Assembly (NCBI GenBank): GCA_028280485.1
Contig: JANQLS010000037.1
Coordinates: forward strand, 1,660 to 65,659
Source of the DNA: Planctomycetota bacterium
GTDB lineage: Bacteria; Planctomycetota; UBA8108; JACQVS01
Direction of reading: 5' to 3'
DNA: 64,000 nucleotides
Of the stretch, positions 29,085 to 39,351 are shown one piece after another. Positions within the stretch are counted from its first letter, which is position 1. Each line of letters opens with the position of its first letter. The notes beneath the pieces were generated by a model, which searched no databases, was not told the DNA's origin, and worked only from the letters and a program-made list of their open reading frames with translations. A program made the translations under genes and the position numbers.

Positions 29085-29376
29085 GAGGGCTTAAAAATGC
29101 CCTCGTCGAACAGGGATTAAAATGGGCTTCACCAGCGATTCAGAAACGGTCATTCAAATTTCCTTTCTGATCGGTGAGCGCCTCGCCGTACCCTGTCAGA
29201 ATCGAACGCGTATTATTCCGGATTCGAACACTGTTCGAAAGTGAGAGAACGAAATCGTTCACCCCTTTTGGTGGCATCGGACGGAGCTGGTCGCATTCGA
29301 TTTCTACATCCATTGGATCCATGCACTCCCCTGTCGCACGGGGGATGAATAAAACTTAATTGGAGGATTATCCACC
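29085..29376 (+). ncRNA. Candidate structured 5' leader / cis-regulatory RNA, family unknown
   Basis: Nested complementary stems: 29110-15/29191-96; 29140-70; 29172-88; 29198-220/29282-305 closing three inner hairpins; 29327-45. Confidence 0.45.
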
Positions 29377-30843
29377 ATGTTCGTGATTCCTAGTGATCGA
29401 GGATCAGTTACCTGCGATGGAATTTCTCGTCGAGAATTAATGCGGGTTGGGGGTTCGGCATTATTTGGTTTAAGCCTTCCACAACTTCTTCAAATGCAAG
29501 CCGCTCAAGCCAAAGAAGGCGCATTGAAAGGCGGAGGCCCTGGATGGAATAAAGCCAAATCGGTCATCCTGATTTATTTACAGGGTGGTCCTAGCCATCT
29601 CGACCTTTGGGATCCCAAATCCGATGTACCTAGCGATGTCAAAAGTATCTTCAAGACGATCAAATCGAAGGTACCGGGCATGGAAGTCACTGAACTTCTA
29701 CCTCGCTTGGCCCAGGTAACCGATAAGTTCTCATTCATTCGAACGATGAGTTACAGCCCGAATGGTTTGTTCAACCATACCGCGGCCATGTACCAAATGC
29801 TCACGGGCTACACCGCGGATAAGGTAAGTCCCTCCGGCCAACTCGAACCACCGAGTCCAAAAGATTTCCCCAATGTCGGCTGTAACATCATCAAGTTTAA
29901 GCCGCCTGAAGTTCCCATGCTGCCCTTCGTCATGATGCCTCGCCCACTCCAAGAGAGTGGCGTGGTCGGAAAAGCCGGTACAGCAGGCTTCTTAGGTCGT
30001 GCCTACGATCCTTACTATCTCTATCCACCTGGAAGTGATTTAGATAATTCCAAGATGGATAGGATCAATGTCGACGCTTTGAAAATGCGCCCGGAGCTTA
30101 CCGCTCCTCGCTTGAAGAAGAGACGTCGCCTCCTCGATATCGTTAATGAAGGAATGCCTTCCCTTGAAAAAGCAGTTTCAAAATACGATCTCGATGAATA
30201 CACCGAGAAAGCCCTCGACCTCGTCGTATCGGGTCGAGCTCGTGAAGCTTTCGATCTCAATAAAGAAGATCCAAAATTACGTGACCGATACGGACGAACA
30301 ACCTTTGGTCAAAGCTGCTTGTTAGCCAGAAGGCTCGTGGAAGCCGGGACTCGCTTCGTCGAAGTCAACTGGCCTAAAGTTGCGAACTCTGACCGACACT
30401 CTTGGGATGTTCACCAAGGATTGCCCGACCGAATGAAGAAGATGTCGGGACCGATGTTAGATCCAGGCTTAGCTACTCTGATTGAAGATTTGGATAACCG
30501 AGGTCTACTCGACGAAACCTTAGTGGTTTGTGTCGGTGAGTTTGGTCGAAGTCCTAAGCGTGGAATTAGTACTTCCGGAAACGGAAACTCTGCCGACGGT
30601 CGTGATCACTGGCCTTACTGTTACACTTCAGTTATCGCTGGTGCGGGCATCAAACGTGGAAACGTTTATGGTAAATCCGATGCCACAGCTTCGGGTCCAT
30701 TAGAAAATGCGGTTCATCCGACAGATCTCTTAGCTACGATCTACCATGCCGTAGGAATCCATCCGAATTCGATCGTATTCAATCACCTCAACCAACCTCG
30801 TGAATTGGTGAAGGGGGATGCGATCACGGATCTGTTCGCCTAA
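29377..30843 (+). CDS. DUF1501 domain-containing protein with Tat-like leader
   Basis: [54 protein letters not shown]. Confidence 0.93.
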   Translation: MFVIPSDRGSVTCDGISRRELMRVGGSALFGLSLPQLLQMQAAQAKEGALKGGGPGWNKAKSVILIYLQGGPSHLDLWDPKSDVPSDVKSIFKTIKSKVPGMEVTELLPRLAQVTDKFSFIRTMSYSPNGLFNHTAAMYQMLTGYTADKVSPSGQLEPPSPKDFPNVGCNIIKFKPPEVPMLPFVMMPRPLQESGVVGKAGTAGFLGRAYDPYYLYPPGSDLDNSKMDRINVDALKMRPELTAPRLKKRRRLLDIVNEGMPSLEKAVSKYDLDEYTEKALDLVVSGRAREAFDLNKEDPKLRDRYGRTTFGQSCLLARRLVEAGTRFVEVNWPKVANSDRHSWDVHQGLPDRMKKMSGPMLDPGLATLIEDLDNRGLLDETLVVCVGEFGRSPKRGISTSGNGNSADGRDHWPYCYTSVIAGAGIKRGNVYGKSDATASGPLENAVHPTDLLATIYHAVGIHPNSIVFNHLNQPRELVKGDAITDLFA

Positions 30844-30844
30844 T

Positions 30845-31050
30845 AAGCTATTAAGCTTTCAGCAAATAAGTTGCTGAATAACAAAGAGGGGGGACGCCGA
30901 AAAGGTGCGTATCTTTTCGGCGTACTTTCTTTGTTCAACATCGCCGGTCATTCAATTTGAGGTTGAATCTACCGCGCGGAGGGAGAACTTAGCCGTTCTC
31001 CCCAACATTAAAAGTGGAAGCTTTCTACTGAGGCTCATTCGAAGAGCCTT
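30845..31050 (+). other. Intergenic run of ~7 consecutive hairpins
   Basis: Examples: 30858-78, 30880-935 (ACGCCGAAAAGGT/ATCTTTTCGGCGT), 30942-78, 30981-31002, 31030-50. Confidence 0.5.
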
Positions 31051-31074
31051 TAGGGTGCGAAAGTTTCTTTTCCC

Positions 31075-32538
31075 ATGAGGTCATTCATGAATCTGAGTCT
31101 GTCAACGCTAAGCTTACGCTCTGGCTTAATGATTATCGGCCTAATGAGCGTTTGCTTCATTCAGAGTTCATCCCTTGAGGCTGACGAAACGAAGAAGGCC
31201 GTAAAAAAGAAGGCCAGCGAACCCGTTAGCTATCACAAAGACATCCGTCCTTTGCTTCAAAAGCATTGTCAAGGCTGCCATCAACCTGCGAAGGCCGGTG
31301 GAAAACTGGTTCTCACCAGTTTTAGCGAACTCTCCAAAGGGGGCCGCAGTCAGGATGATGATCCCATCGTCATTCCCGGTAAACCTGAAGACAGTTTGCT
31401 GATGATCACCATGCTTCCTGATGGTGATGATCCCCCAGAGATGCCTAAAGATGCTAAGCCTCTTCACAAAGACGAGCTCGAACTCTTTAGACGTTGGATT
31501 AAGGAAGGGGCGAAGGACGATTCCCCTAAATCGAGTTTGAGAAGGTTTGATCAAAAGAACCCTCCCGTCTACTCCAAGCTTCCCGTGATCACGGCGCTCG
31601 ACTTTTCTAAGGATGGGAAGACCTTGGCTGTCTCTGGCTATAACGAAGTCCTGTTACGTTCCTCAGATGGAAAAACATTACAAGGTCGATTGGTTGGGCT
31701 TTCCGAACGAATAGAACACATTGTTTATTCTCCCGATGGAAAACAGTTAGCGGTGGCAGGTGGAACCCCCAGCCAACAGGGAGAGATTCAAGTTTGGGAT
31801 GTCGAAAACAAAAAGCTTCGTGTTTCCCGACCCGTGACTTTCGACACGCTTTACGGAGCTAGCTGGTCCCACGACAGTAAGCTCGTGGGTTTTGGTTGTG
31901 CCGACAATTCTCTTCGAGCTATCGACGCCAAGTCGGGACAACAAGTCCTGTTTCAAGGAGCTCATAATGATTGGGTTTTAGGAACAGCGTTTTCGAAGGA
32001 CTCTTCACACCTCATCTCGGTGAGTCGTGATCGGTCGATGAAATTGGTGATGGTGAAAACCGAGCAATTCATCGACAACATCACCAGTATCACTCCCGGA
32101 GCATTAAAGGGTGGGCTGATGTCTATACAACGTCACCCGACTCAAGATCAAGTCTTAACGGGAGGGGCCGATGGAACTCCTAAGATCTATCGCATCTACC
32201 GTGAGAAGGCTCGAAAGATCGGTGATGATTACAATTTGATTCGTGCGTTCGAAGCTTTGCCCGGAAGAATCTTCTCAACAGAATTCAATTCTGATGGAAG
32301 CAAGATCATCGCCGGAAGTAGTTACGAGCGCACCGGAGAAGTGAGAGTTTATTCCGTCAAGGACGGGAAGAAGCTCTGGAGCCTCAGATTTCCTACCGCC
32401 ATTTACAGTGTGGCCTTCCATCCCAATGGAAAGGTCGCGGCCGCAGGTGGTTTTGACGGCATCGTAAGGTTGATCGATGTCGATCAAGGAAAAGTGACTT
32501 CGGAGTTTGCCCCGATCACATTGGCGCGAGAAATTTAA
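31075..32538 (+). CDS. Planctomycete cytochrome c domain + WD40 repeat protein
   Basis: Signal peptide, VSYHKDIRPLL..CQGCH, MP..WI.EGA, WD40 repeats. Confidence 0.9.
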   Translation: MRSFMNLSLSTLSLRSGLMIIGLMSVCFIQSSSLEADETKKAVKKKASEPVSYHKDIRPLLQKHCQGCHQPAKAGGKLVLTSFSELSKGGRSQDDDPIVIPGKPEDSLLMITMLPDGDDPPEMPKDAKPLHKDELELFRRWIKEGAKDDSPKSSLRRFDQKNPPVYSKLPVITALDFSKDGKTLAVSGYNEVLLRSSDGKTLQGRLVGLSERIEHIVYSPDGKQLAVAGGTPSQQGEIQVWDVENKKLRVSRPVTFDTLYGASWSHDSKLVGFGCADNSLRAIDAKSGQQVLFQGAHNDWVLGTAFSKDSSHLISVSRDRSMKLVMVKTEQFIDNITSITPGALKGGLMSIQRHPTQDQVLTGGADGTPKIYRIYREKARKIGDDYNLIRAFEALPGRIFSTEFNSDGSKIIAGSSYERTGEVRVYSVKDGKKLWSLRFPTAIYSVAFHPNGKVAAAGGFDGIVRLIDVDQGKVTSEFAPITLAREI

Positions 32539-32650
32539 TCCCATTGGAACCTTCATCGAACTCTATCTATTTAGTTAGTGTTCCTTGAACTCTTAATGAT
32601 GTTCTGGTGAGTTTTAACACTAAAGGCTCACCCAGGAGTAAGTTCAAATC

Positions 32651-35600
32651 ATGAATACGTTGAATAAATTACAACTCCTTTTAGCTGTAATTGCCGTCTT
32701 GGGCTTTTCAGTAAATCTGAATGCAGAAGTTACTGAATCTCTACCCAAAGGGACGACCATCACGAAGATTGATGTCTTTCCGAAAAAGATAGATCTGGAT
32801 GGACCTTACGCTTACCGCCAAGTTTTACTGACAGCGCAACTCAATGATGGCAGAGTTGCCGATGTGACCCGAGTGGCACGTGCGGAGCACGATGGAAAAC
32901 ACCTTAAAGTAACTCCTGAAGGTAAGGTGATTGCCTATGCCGATGGAAAAGGTGTTCTTCACTTTGTTTTAGCCAAACAAAAGGTCAGCATTCCTTTCGA
33001 GGTTAAGAATTCGAAAAAGAAACTTCGCCCGGACTTTATTCGCGATGTTCAGCCCATCCTCACCAAGGTGGGTTGTAATCAAGGAACTTGTCATGGTTCT
33101 CTCAACGGGAAAAACGGTTTCAAGCTTTCTCTTCGCGGGAATGATTACCTCTTTGATCATCGCTCGATCACGGATGATCACAGTGGTCGCCGTTTTAATC
33201 GCGCGGCTCCTGATCGAAGCTTGTTTCTGATGAAAACTACTGGGCTGTCTCCTCACGTTGGAGGAACGCTCCTGACTCCCGGCGAACCTTATTATGAAAT
33301 CCTTAAGGATTGGGTCGAAGATGGAGTTCCCATTAATCCCGATGCTTCGAGGGTGACTAAGATCGAAATTCATCCTGAAAGTCGTGTTATGCCTCTCCCG
33401 AACATGACTCAGCAATTCGCCGTGATCGCTCACTACAGCGATGGCACGGTAAAGGATGTCACTTCAGAATCTTTTATCGAAACGAATAATACTGAGATCA
33501 CGGCAGTTCAAGAGGGGGGAAAGGTTACTGCGCTCCGTCGTGGTGAAGCTGCGATTTTGGCTCGTTATGAAGGAAATTACGCTGCGACTCAATTCTTTGT
33601 GATGGGAGACCGAACGGGTTTCACATGGAAAGAGACAGAAACCTTTAACAAGATCGACGAACTGGTTTACGCCAAGCTTAAAAAGTTCAAGATCGAACCC
33701 GCCGAAGTTTGCTCCGATTCAGAATTCCTTCGAAGGATTTATTTAGACCTCACCGGATTACCCCCGACATTAAAGCAAACTAAAGTTTTTCTCGCCGACA
33801 AACGTGATTCACGACAAAAACGTAGTGAACTCATCGATCGTTTAATCGGTAGCGCCGAGTTTGTCGAACACTGGACAAACAAGTGGGCGGATCTCCTTCA
33901 GGTGAATCGAAAGTTCCTCGGGACGGCTGGAGCGAAAAAATTTCGTGAGTGGATTTCTGGATCGATCGCCAGTAATAAGCCTTACAACCAGTTTTCATAT
34001 GAATTGCTTTCTGCGACCGGTTCTTCGCTGAAAAATCCTCCCGCAGCTTATTACCGTGCTGTAAAAGAACCGGATATCGTTATGGAGAACACCACTCAGC
34101 TGTTTCTCGGGGTTCGTTTCAATTGCAATAAGTGTCACGATCATCCCTTCGAACGCTGGACTCAATCCCAGCACTGGGAACTCGCCGCATTTTTTGCTCG
34201 CGTAGGACGAAGGGGTGGCCCCGGCGGAAAATCGGAGGAAATCATCTTCGATAAAAAAGATGGTGAGATTAAAGCTCCTTACAACAACCAGGTTGTTCAG
34301 CCTTTATTCCCTTATAAGCATTCAGCCAGTATTCCTAGTGAAGCATCTCGTCGTGAGAAGTTAGCTCGTTGGATGACTGCTCGGGAAAACGAATACTTCA
34401 CCAAAAGCTATGTCAACCGGATTTGGAGCTACTTCTTAGGCCTGGGAATTATTGATCCCGTCGATGATCTTCGCGCCAGTAATCCTGCTACTAATCCTGA
34501 GCTTCTTGCTTACCTTGAAAACGACTTCGTCGAGAACGGATTCGATGTTCGTCGTTTAATGAAGCTGATTACGAGTTCGAGAACTTATCAGCACTCCATC
34601 AAATCGAATAAATGGAATGAAGATGATGAGGTAAATTTCTCTCATGCGTCGGCTCGTCGACTGAGTGCAGAAACTCTCTACGACTCCGTTCACTTAGTGA
34701 CGGGTTCGACCACCAGTTTTGCGGGTCAACGTAAGGGCACTCGAGCCGCCGAGCTTCCAGGACCAGAAATCAAAACCAAGGATGGTTTTTTAGATCTCTT
34801 CGGTCGTCCCCCAAGAGAAAGTGTTTGTGAGTGCGAACGAACGACGGGAATGTCTCTCGGTCAAGCTCTCAACTTAGTGAATGGATCTACGGTTTCGGAT
34901 GCGATCAACAATCCTGAAAACGATATTTCCAATCTACTTCTCATCGAGAAAAACCCTGCGAATATTGTAGAAGAACTTTTCTTGAGAATTCTTAATCGAT
35001 ATCCGTCTCAAAAAGAGCAACAAGAGATGATTTCAGCTTTGGATGCTAGAAAGCTTGAAAATGCTGAATCGCTTCAAGAAGCGGATTTCAAATCTCTGAT
35101 GGATCAAGTCAGAGCTCATGCCAACAATCTTAAGAGAAGAATTTGGAGTCCTCTCAAGGCTGGATCTGGATTCTCTGCGGGTGGTGCAACTGTCGACGCA
35201 AGGCCTGATGGCAGTTACTTTATCTCGGGTGCGAAGCCGGATAAAGACACCTACACCTTAGTCACTTTTACGAACCTAAAAGATATCACTGGGCTGCGAT
35301 TGGAAGTTCTTACTGACCCCGCCATTGGAAAGTCAAAAGGACCGGGTCGATCTGATGGCGGAAACTTTGTCTTAACCAATTTGAAAATGATGGTGGCCCC
35401 AGTAGGTGATCCAGCTAAAGCCGTTCCGGTGAAATTTAAAAGAGCGGAGGCGTCGGTCAACCAAAAGAACTACGAAGTCGGTCGCTCTATCGATGCTGAT
35501 CTAAAAACGGGTTGGGCGATCAATAAGGGTGGGGACCGCCGTTTAGCCATTTTCGAAGTCGCAGAGAAGTTTGGTTTTACGGGCGGAACAATCATCACCT

Positions 35601-35878
35601 TAACTTTAGATCAACAACATGGTGGATTCCATACGATCGGAAAGATGAGATTGTCTGTGAATCAATCAGCGGGGCAACTCACAGTCGCCGAGCTTCCCAA
35701 GGCTATTGAAGATGCTCTAAAGGTTGAAGAAGCGAAACGAACTCCCGCTCAAAAGAACGTCATTTTCGGTGACTTCATGAAAAACCAACAGGTCATCGCT
35801 GATAAGATTCGCTTAGCGGTGAGTCAAGATATCGCTTGGGCCTTACTCAACAGCCCTGCCTTCCTGTTTAATCATTAA
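32651..35878 (+). CDS. DUF1549/DUF1553 protein with Ig-like domains
   Basis: GCNQGTCHG..GKNGFKLSL, FLRRIYLDLTG, CNKCHDHPF, FGRPPRESVCECER, WALLNSPAFLFNH. Confidence 0.92.
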   Translation: MNTLNKLQLLLAVIAVLGFSVNLNAEVTESLPKGTTITKIDVFPKKIDLDGPYAYRQVLLTAQLNDGRVADVTRVARAEHDGKHLKVTPEGKVIAYADGKGVLHFVLAKQKVSIPFEVKNSKKKLRPDFIRDVQPILTKVGCNQGTCHGSLNGKNGFKLSLRGNDYLFDHRSITDDHSGRRFNRAAPDRSLFLMKTTGLSPHVGGTLLTPGEPYYEILKDWVEDGVPINPDASRVTKIEIHPESRVMPLPNMTQQFAVIAHYSDGTVKDVTSESFIETNNTEITAVQEGGKVTALRRGEAAILARYEGNYAATQFFVMGDRTGFTWKETETFNKIDELVYAKLKKFKIEPAEVCSDSEFLRRIYLDLTGLPPTLKQTKVFLADKRDSRQKRSELIDRLIGSAEFVEHWTNKWADLLQVNRKFLGTAGAKKFREWISGSIASNKPYNQFSYELLSATGSSLKNPPAAYYRAVKEPDIVMENTTQLFLGVRFNCNKCHDHPFERWTQSQHWELAAFFARVGRRGGPGGKSEEIIFDKKDGEIKAPYNNQVVQPLFPYKHSASIPSEASRREKLARWMTARENEYFTKSYVNRIWSYFLGLGIIDPVDDLRASNPATNPELLAYLENDFVENGFDVRRLMKLITSSRTYQHSIKSNKWNEDDEVNFSHASARRLSAETLYDSVHLVTGSTTSFAGQRKGTRAAELPGPEIKTKDGFLDLFGRPPRESVCECERTTGMSLGQALNLVNGSTVSDAINNPENDISNLLLIEKNPANIVEELFLRILNRYPSQKEQQEMISALDARKLENAESLQEADFKSLMDQVRAHANNLKRRIWSPLKAGSGFSAGGATVDARPDGSYFISGAKPDKDTYTLVTFTNLKDITGLRLEVLTDPAIGKSKGPGRSDGGNFVLTNLKMMVAPVGDPAKAVPVKFKRAEASVNQKNYEVGRSIDADLKTGWAINKGGDRRLAIFEVAEKFGFTGGTIITLTLDQQHGGFHTIGKMRLSVNQSAGQLTVAELPKAIEDALKVEEAKRTPAQKNVIFGDFMKNQQVIADKIRLAVSQDIAWALLNSPAFLFNH

Positions 35879-35914
35879 GGCATAACGATTCTGATCGTTT
35901 ATATCTACAGTTGA

Positions 35915-35954
35915 AAAAAGATTGAGGCCGACTCCCACGTTGGGAGTCGGCCTC
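35915..35954 (-). terminator. Intrinsic terminator between convergent genes
   Basis: GAGGCCGACTCCCA-CGT-TGGGAGTCGGCCTC preceded by an A-tract (U-tract on the minus strand). Confidence 0.75.
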
Positions 35955-36024
35955 GTTCTATGAGAGGGATGGGGGAAGATAGGTCGTTTAAATTTGCGGG
36001 TTAAGCAGCGCTCCTTTCGCTGGT

Positions 36025-37116
36025 TCAAGCGCTCATCTTAGTTAACTGAATATTTCGACTGGATTCCGTCTTCTTAGACGCTTTCCAAGGGCGTTCCACT
36101 TCTTCTTCCTGTTTTTGAGTCGGAACAATTTTGACTTGGCTTTCTTGAATGGGGCTTCCCCAAATACGGGCGAAATGGCGTCTGTAAGATTCATAGAACG
36201 CACTCCCTTCAGGGCTTTGTTCTAACTCTAAAAGAGGAATCAAATCTTTTTCTTCTCTCGGCTGCCAAGGGAAAGCAAATGCTTTGTCGTCGAACAGGAT
36301 GACTTGGAATGTGGGCTTTTCGTGATAGTAGCGTACAACGATTTCGTTTTCTTTAGAGCGATTCTGATTGATAAACGCGACGGCCTCCAAAGTTTCCCTC
36401 ACTTGTTGTAGGTAATTCTCACGCGAAATTTCCATTTCAGATAACAAGGTTGAGAAGACGGAAGAAATTTTTCTCTCAGGATCTTTATTCGTGGCATCCG
36501 GTTTGAATAAGAGCAAGCAAACCGGGGTGGTTGGGTTCGCTTTCACTATATCGAACAAGAGCCCCCCTTGTTCGCTTGGACCTTTACCGAGAATTTTTTT
36601 ACCTGTGATATCTAAGCAGAAGATTTTCTTTGTGGCTTGGGCTTCTCGACGAAGACTTGAACGCAACTTTTGCTGGGGAGTAAGGAGATCGACCGCCCAA
36701 AGTTGTTTAATCCCGCAACGTTCTAACTGATGCATGCCGAAGAGTCTTGGGAGAAGTGAATTGTAGGAAAGTAATGTCATCACCAAAAGGCTGCTAAGGG
36801 TGTAACCGACTGCCGCGCTTTGCCCAATTTTTGAGAGCGTATTGGGATGGTTCCCTTCCCAAGCTCCCAGCCAATAGCTGACAGCGGCGAAGAAAGCTAT
36901 GGCGACAATCCCCCAAGCTCGAATTAAAAATCGGTAGGGGCCCGAGTTTCGAATCCTAAGCTGGATTGGAACCTGGCTCGATTTATGCGATCTAAATTTC
37001 AGTAGTTTGAAACCTAAATTCTCACAAAATTTAGAGCACTTAAACGGAAGAACCACTGTAGTAACAAAGAAGAGTACGGTAAGAGATACCGCTGCGATGG
37101 TATACATACTCGACAC
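36025..37116 (-). CDS. Membrane protein with C-terminal DUF5919-like (PLD-like fold) domain
   Basis: Three N-terminal TM segments; IFCLDITG, CLLLFKP, VRYYHEKPTFQVILFDD, YRRHFARIW pattern. Confidence 0.6.
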   Translation of the reverse strand: MSSMYTIAAVSLTVLFFVTTVVLPFKCSKFCENLGFKLLKFRSHKSSQVPIQLRIRNSGPYRFLIRAWGIVAIAFFAAVSYWLGAWEGNHPNTLSKIGQSAAVGYTLSSLLVMTLLSYNSLLPRLFGMHQLERCGIKQLWAVDLLTPQQKLRSSLRREAQATKKIFCLDITGKKILGKGPSEQGGLLFDIVKANPTTPVCLLLFKPDATNKDPERKISSVFSTLLSEMEISRENYLQQVRETLEAVAFINQNRSKENEIVVRYYHEKPTFQVILFDDKAFAFPWQPREEKDLIPLLELEQSPEGSAFYESYRRHFARIWGSPIQESQVKIVPTQKQEEEVERPWKASKKTESSRNIQLTKMSA

Positions 37117-37328
37117 CGCCTTTAATCAATTGGCCTGAAAGACAGAAAACTCGACAATTCCCGTCAGTGGTGTGCAAGATAAGGGCCCGGTTGAATATTC
37201 ATTTCTAAGTCGTCTATCCGGACCTGTTTAGTGTGAAATCGCGGTGAGTGGCCCCTCGGGTATAAGTAGGGAAAAAATACCTACCTGACAAATATTGCCC
37301 TGGTCAAATGACAATTATTCGCCTTTTC

Positions 37329-39218
37329 TTACTGATACTCCCAGGCACTTCGATACTCACCTTTTTCTTGAATGTGATCGATCAGTCGACTGATGAAATC
37401 ATTTCGAGTGACCGTAGCGGTATCTCCGATGACGGTCAATTGACGTCGAGCCCGGGTGATAGCAACGTTAAGCCTTCGAGTATCGGCTAAGAAACCCACT
37501 TCCCCTTTCTCGTTGGAGCGCACGAGTGAAAGGATGATAGCTTCTTTTTCTCTTCCCTGGAAACCATCGACCGTATCTACTTCTAACTGAGCTACACCAG
37601 AAAGCCTTTTACGAAGCAAGTTCACTTGAGCGTTGTAGGGAGTGATGACCGCTAACTCGCGAGCTTGAAGGCCGGAGTCTAAAAGTCTTTCTACTTGTTG
37701 GGCAACAATTTCTACTTCGCCTGGATTAGCTTTGCTACCGCTGTCTTCATGGTGGGTTTCTTCGTGATCACAGCCTGCGGTGTCGATCAAAAGCAATGAA
37801 TGTTCCGTTTCATTGCCCGATTGTACTTTTTTTAAGTCACTCAATCTATGTTGAGAGACGGAGGTGTGAGCTTCTAATCGGCCGTCATAGAGCTCTTCGG
37901 ATGAAAACTCCATGATCCTTTCATTCATGCGATATTGAGTCGTCAATAAGTTGACGATAGGCTCGGATTGTTCGTTGGCAATCCTATCGAAAAGAGTGAT
38001 TTCTAAACCGTCTTTTGCCGCTTTTCTTGAGAGGATCGTTGGTGGTAACTGTAAATGGTCACCAGCGAGAATCGCTTTTTCGGCTTTTAGGAGAGGGATC
38101 CAACACGCTGATTCTAAAGCTTGTGCTGCTTCATCGATGACGACGACATCGAACTCACGAGTCTCAAACATCGAAGTGGCTGCACCGACTAACGTCGTTA
38201 GGACCACCTGAGAACGATCCAAGATTTTATCCATCACCACGCGTTCGAGAAATTTAACTTCTTCTCGAAGAGCGCGAGCTTCGAATTTCATTTCTTTTCT
38301 TCGTTGGTAATTGTGAGTTCGCGAAAGTCTCCTTTGAACTCCCTGCAGCTCTCGTTGTACTTGTTTGATCGCTTTTCGTTCGGAGTCTTTTTCAATTTGA
38401 CTATCTAAGGAATGGTCTAAAACACTGGGGAGCATGCGGGCGGGGTGTCCTGTTCTCACGATAGGGACATCTCGTTCTGAAAGTCGCTCGACCAGGTTGT
38501 CAACTGCGATGTTTGAAGCTGCGCAGGCTAAGATCTTCTTTCCAGATTGGGCTAATTGAACGATGGTTTCAATCAAGGTCGTCGTTTTCCCCGTTCCCGG
38601 TGGGCCGTGGATGAGGGAAACCACGGGAGCCGAGAGCGCACGCTCAACGGCTAAGTTTTGTGAATCATTCAGTTGTGAGAGAGAGAGTGATTCTTTAGAT
38701 GAAGGTGGCTCGATTTCTCGGATCCCCATCAAGCACTCGCGTAATCGTTGTGCTCGACCTTTTTTGAATGACTTTAATTTGTGTAAGCCATCTTTCAATC
38801 TTCGGTAGGTGACATCGTCGGTGAGCCGATCTAATCGAAACCGTTTGTTGGAATTAAAGTTGGGTTCTTCATCTAAGGAAAGAACAAGGCTGTCTCGGTA
38901 AATGCGATAAACGATACCTTGGATAGGTTTTTCTTGTTTGTCGCTATGAGTTTCAATAGAGGCTAGATCGCCGGGCTGAAATCGATGGGAAGGTAGGTGT
39001 TGATGTTTTTCGGGAATGAGTCGAAGGTGAACTCGACCGCCGATGCCGACACTCGTATCGTCAATTTTTAAATGCAGTAAGCAAAGCCCTCGTTTTTCTA
39101 GATCTTTAGCTGACAGAGTATTTCTAAGTTGTCGGGATTCTTCAGCTTCGTGTTCGCGTTCTAACTCGATGAGTCGGAGCTGTTTTTCAACAAAGATGTC
39201 GATGGGAGTTGAGGGCAT
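37329..39218 (-). CDS. SF1 helicase, IGHMBP2/Upf1-like (AAA_11/AAA_12)
   Basis: GPPGTGKT, DEAAQ, GDHLQLPP, QYRM, TVDGFQGRE, RRLNVAITRAR. Confidence 0.93.
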   Translation of the reverse strand: MPSTPIDIFVEKQLRLIELEREHEAEESRQLRNTLSAKDLEKRGLCLLHLKIDDTSVGIGGRVHLRLIPEKHQHLPSHRFQPGDLASIETHSDKQEKPIQGIVYRIYRDSLVLSLDEEPNFNSNKRFRLDRLTDDVTYRRLKDGLHKLKSFKKGRAQRLRECLMGIREIEPPSSKESLSLSQLNDSQNLAVERALSAPVVSLIHGPPGTGKTTTLIETIVQLAQSGKKILACAASNIAVDNLVERLSERDVPIVRTGHPARMLPSVLDHSLDSQIEKDSERKAIKQVQRELQGVQRRLSRTHNYQRRKEMKFEARALREEVKFLERVVMDKILDRSQVVLTTLVGAATSMFETREFDVVVIDEAAQALESACWIPLLKAEKAILAGDHLQLPPTILSRKAAKDGLEITLFDRIANEQSEPIVNLLTTQYRMNERIMEFSSEELYDGRLEAHTSVSQHRLSDLKKVQSGNETEHSLLLIDTAGCDHEETHHEDSGSKANPGEVEIVAQQVERLLDSGLQARELAVITPYNAQVNLLRKRLSGVAQLEVDTVDGFQGREKEAIILSLVRSNEKGEVGFLADTRRLNVAITRARRQLTVIGDTATVTRNDFISRLIDHIQEKGEYRSAWEYQ

Positions 39219-39351
39219 GGGGGAGAGTTGTCCTATCCAAATTTCGTAAATAAATTTCGCCTTCCAAAATAATGCTCATCAAGATTATTTCGGAAGGCGA
39301 ATTTAAAGCGCAATCCTCCCAAATTCTGACGAATTTGGCTACGAAATTTGG

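Noticed and set aside
29140-29359. Small ORFs 29140-29322(-) and 29174-29359(+)
   Set aside because: No RBS or protein-like features; they overlap the structured leader
29368-29376. DnaA box-like TTATCCACC (also TGTGGATAT near 2867)
   Set aside because: Isolated 8/9 matches; one sits between an RBS and its ATG; no cluster
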